A stretch of DNA of 61,952 nt, counting the filler, from Sphacelaria rigidula (lineage: Eukaryota): NCBI GenBank assembly GCA_964200075.2. It is 8 parts of 8 records of this genome, joined end to end, with 100 filler letters (N's around TTAATTAATTAA, not from the genome) between each part and the next. Parts side by side here need not be neighbours in the genome. Positions count along the whole stretch, not along the records: positions 54,299 to 61,952 come from CAXNAA020013910.1; 7 more parts are not named here. One strand, written 5' to 3'. The translations under genes and the position numbers were made by a program. A model generated the notes under the pieces. It was given only the letters and a program-made list of their open reading frames with translations, was not told the DNA's origin and ran no database searches. Below, piece by piece: positions 59,461 to 61,952 of this stretch (the first letter of the stretch is position 1; each line of letters begins with the position of its first letter).

Positions 59461-60450
59461 ACCTGGAAATTTCCAAAAGAACGAAAAAAAAGTTGATATT
59501 TGCTGCGGCATCCAGCATATGGACCTCAGGAAATCAGCTGAGTGATCAAATGTAATCCTGTGTGCGATTACAAAATGACAACCGTTCTCACCCGCTGCAG
59601 TCTACACGCGGGAAAGCAGTGTATACGGGCAGACAACGCAAGGAGGGGGTGAACTTGTGAAATCACACCATAATTGTACTACACGTACCGTTGTCTGTTG
59701 TCTGCCGTGCGGACTGTACACTCTGTACTGCAGACAACAGGCAACAGTGGTAGTACTAAAGTAGTATTTTACTCTACAGGGCTTGTAGTGTTCTGTATAA
59801 TTGACAAGTAGTACGATACAGGAACACTCCCGCTACTCGTGCTGCCACCTGGATAGCCTGCACAGTACACAGACACAGTGTACAAACAGCGTGGTGTCAT
59901 GTACAACAGCAACGCAACAGGATGATATGGCGGTATTCCCGAGAGCAAGCAGCTGATTTATACTGTTTTCAGTCCGTGTAGTCACAGCGTCCATAAAATC
60001 GGGCATGCGCGGTGCTTGGCTGGCTAAGAACCCAAGACGACTGTTGGCTCGTCAATATCGAGCAAAAAGCTCATCGCTGCCGACGTGTATGGTCTCCTGC
60101 CCTACAAGATTCTTTCTTTACTGCCCTTCTGTGGACTGCTGGGGACTGCGACTGACCGTTGCTTCGTGTGTCCATTATTTCGATTTGAGATTGGGTTTGT
60201 CGTCGATGTGATTATGGAGGCGTTCGCGACCTGTACGCTCTTCGTTGCATACCCCACCTGTAAATAGGTCGCGCTCCTCCCGTACCACCACGGGGTGCAC
60301 GGCTATGCTCTTGATGAAAGACCCGGCTGCGGGTACGGTTTTTCTGTGCAATCTCCATACCCTAACCGACAGTTCCTGTGAGTTCTGTAATGAGCTCTCC
60401 ATATCCTTCTCGGACAGTACAGTTCAGCGAATTTCGCACAGATTGTTTCA

Positions 60451-61556
60451 AGGGCAGGTCGAGTATACTCAATACTCAGTATTTTCGAAGAGTCATACTT
60501 GTAGTCCTCGAACTTTGAGTTGAATATTTGAGGCCGTACTCCACCTACTCAACATTTGAGTAGAATATTGAGGTTATACTTAAGTGGTACTCTACACTCG
60601 AGTATTACTGAGAGTTCTTATCGATATTAAAGTAGGGTAGTGGAGGTCGTACTCGATCTACTCAAAGTGTGAGTAGAGTATGTGAGGTCATGCTCAACCT
60701 ACTCAATATTGGAGTGTAGAGTATCTGAGGCCGTACTCGACCGACTCAACATTTGAGTAGAGTATTAAGGTCATACCAAGTGATACTCTTTACTCGAGTA
60801 CTAGAGAGAGCGTTAACTTGATTTTTAGGTAGAGTAGTAGTGGTCGTACTTCATCTACTCGAAATTTGAGTGGAGTATTTGAGGCCGTACTCAACCTAGT
60901 CAAAATGTGAGTAGAGTAGTAGAGGTCATACCTCATCTACCCAAAAATTGAGTAGAGTTTTTGAGGTCACACCCAACTTACCCGAAAGTTGGGTAGAGTA
61001 TCCAAGGCCGGACCCGGTGTACCACCGCTGGCTCTTCCATGCATGGAGGAGTCACATATGCGGTCAGTAGGCTCGCTCGTTTTGGTCAAACCTACCCGAC
61101 TACCCATCTACTCGATTACTCAATGATGATGAGTAGCGCTCTGTGCTGAAAGTGACATCGGAGGGGTTGAGAGGTATCAAGTATGTACTGCCATGGGTGG
61201 AGGCAGGGAAGCTGGGGCGGGTAGGTTAGTTCACCTGCACGTTTTTTGTTTTTTTATGGCCATCATTCGCTCATACTCATTGTAGTCCGTGACGTACCGC
61301 CACTCGTCTAATTGATGGCCATTGTTCGCCCATGTATTCAACATAGTCTGTGAAGCGACGTCACGAAGTCGCCGACGGTCACGGTTGCTTATCATACTCA
61401 AGTGATACTCTTTATTCAAGTATTACTGAGAGTGCTTACTCAATATTTGAGTAGAGTATTTGAGGCCGTACTCGACCTACTCAAATATTGAGTGGAGTAA
61501 ATATTCGGGTATTTTACTTGAGTACTCAAGGGTACATAATCTACTCGACCTGCCGT
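60451..61556. mobile_element. MITE with about 41-bp TACTCAA/TTGAGTA internal array
   Basis: TIRs AGGGCAGGTCGAGTA and TACTCGACCTGCCGT, nearly identical to the TIR of 18923-19329. The array is interrupted by unrelated sequence at about 61010-61390. Confidence 0.82.
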
Positions 61557-61952
61557 TGGAATGTTTGCCCGTACCAGGAGCGCGGGGTGTGCTCTCGAAG
61601 TAATACCCGATTGCCGGTACGTTTTTTCCTTAAGCCTTCCATACCGTACCCCACAAGTTCTGTAATTTCTTAAAGAATTTCAAACCGGAACCCGACAGTT
61701 TTGTAAATGCTGTAAGATTTTCATACCAAAACCCGATGTTTCTGTAAACTCTGTGAGGAATCTCATACCTTACAGAACATACCCGTACCCTACGAAACAC
61801 AACATTACAAACACCACTCCACAGCAACAGCCTCTGGCACTACCTCTGGACACGTGCGATATATCACATGAACGGAACCACTCTCAACCCCTTTGGGACC
61901 GGGCCTCCAGAACGACCAATGAGGCTGGTTGAGAATGACGTGTCTGGCGTCT

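Larger units (their letters stand above)
57778..61810. mobile_element. GTTCTGT-repeat MITE split by nested insertions
   Basis: Left end TGTTGTGTAGGGTACGG and right end CCGTACCCTACGAAACACAACA. Host pieces 57778-57861, 58755-58850, 60275-60420 and 61570-61810 are colinear with 56568-57135. Confidence 0.72.

Overview
This window is not one locus. It is eight unplaced eukaryotic scaffolds of about 7.66 kb each (1-7657, 7758-15414, 15515-23171, 23272-30928, 31029-38685, 38786-46442, 46543-54198, 54299-end), joined by artificial 100-nt linkers (N44-TTAATTAATTAA-N44). Short exons in long, repeat-filled GT-AG introns and the gene content suggest a stramenopile, probably a brown alga (inference). Recognisable coding pieces are the last two exons of a PP2C phosphatase, a terminal exon with a DUF4378/CEP350-type C-terminal motif, a multi-exon secreted Cys-rich protein, the last two exons of RER1, two exons of a TLC/NTT nucleotide transporter, and a frameshifted pogo/Fot1-type DDE transposase. 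Most remaining sequence is non-autonomous mobile DNA: two tRNA-headed SINE families, an (ATCA)n-tailed retroposon, a C-tailed retroposon with target-site duplications, fold-back MITEs, 8-bp-TSD MITEs, piggyBac-like ends and a nested-insertion cluster. The most unusual signals are a strictly phased 43-bp repeat-plus-variable-spacer array (31348-31652), recurrent 41-44-bp periodicity in several unrelated arrays, and the oligo-C-tailed retroposon. No complete novel system can be demonstrated from the sequence alone.
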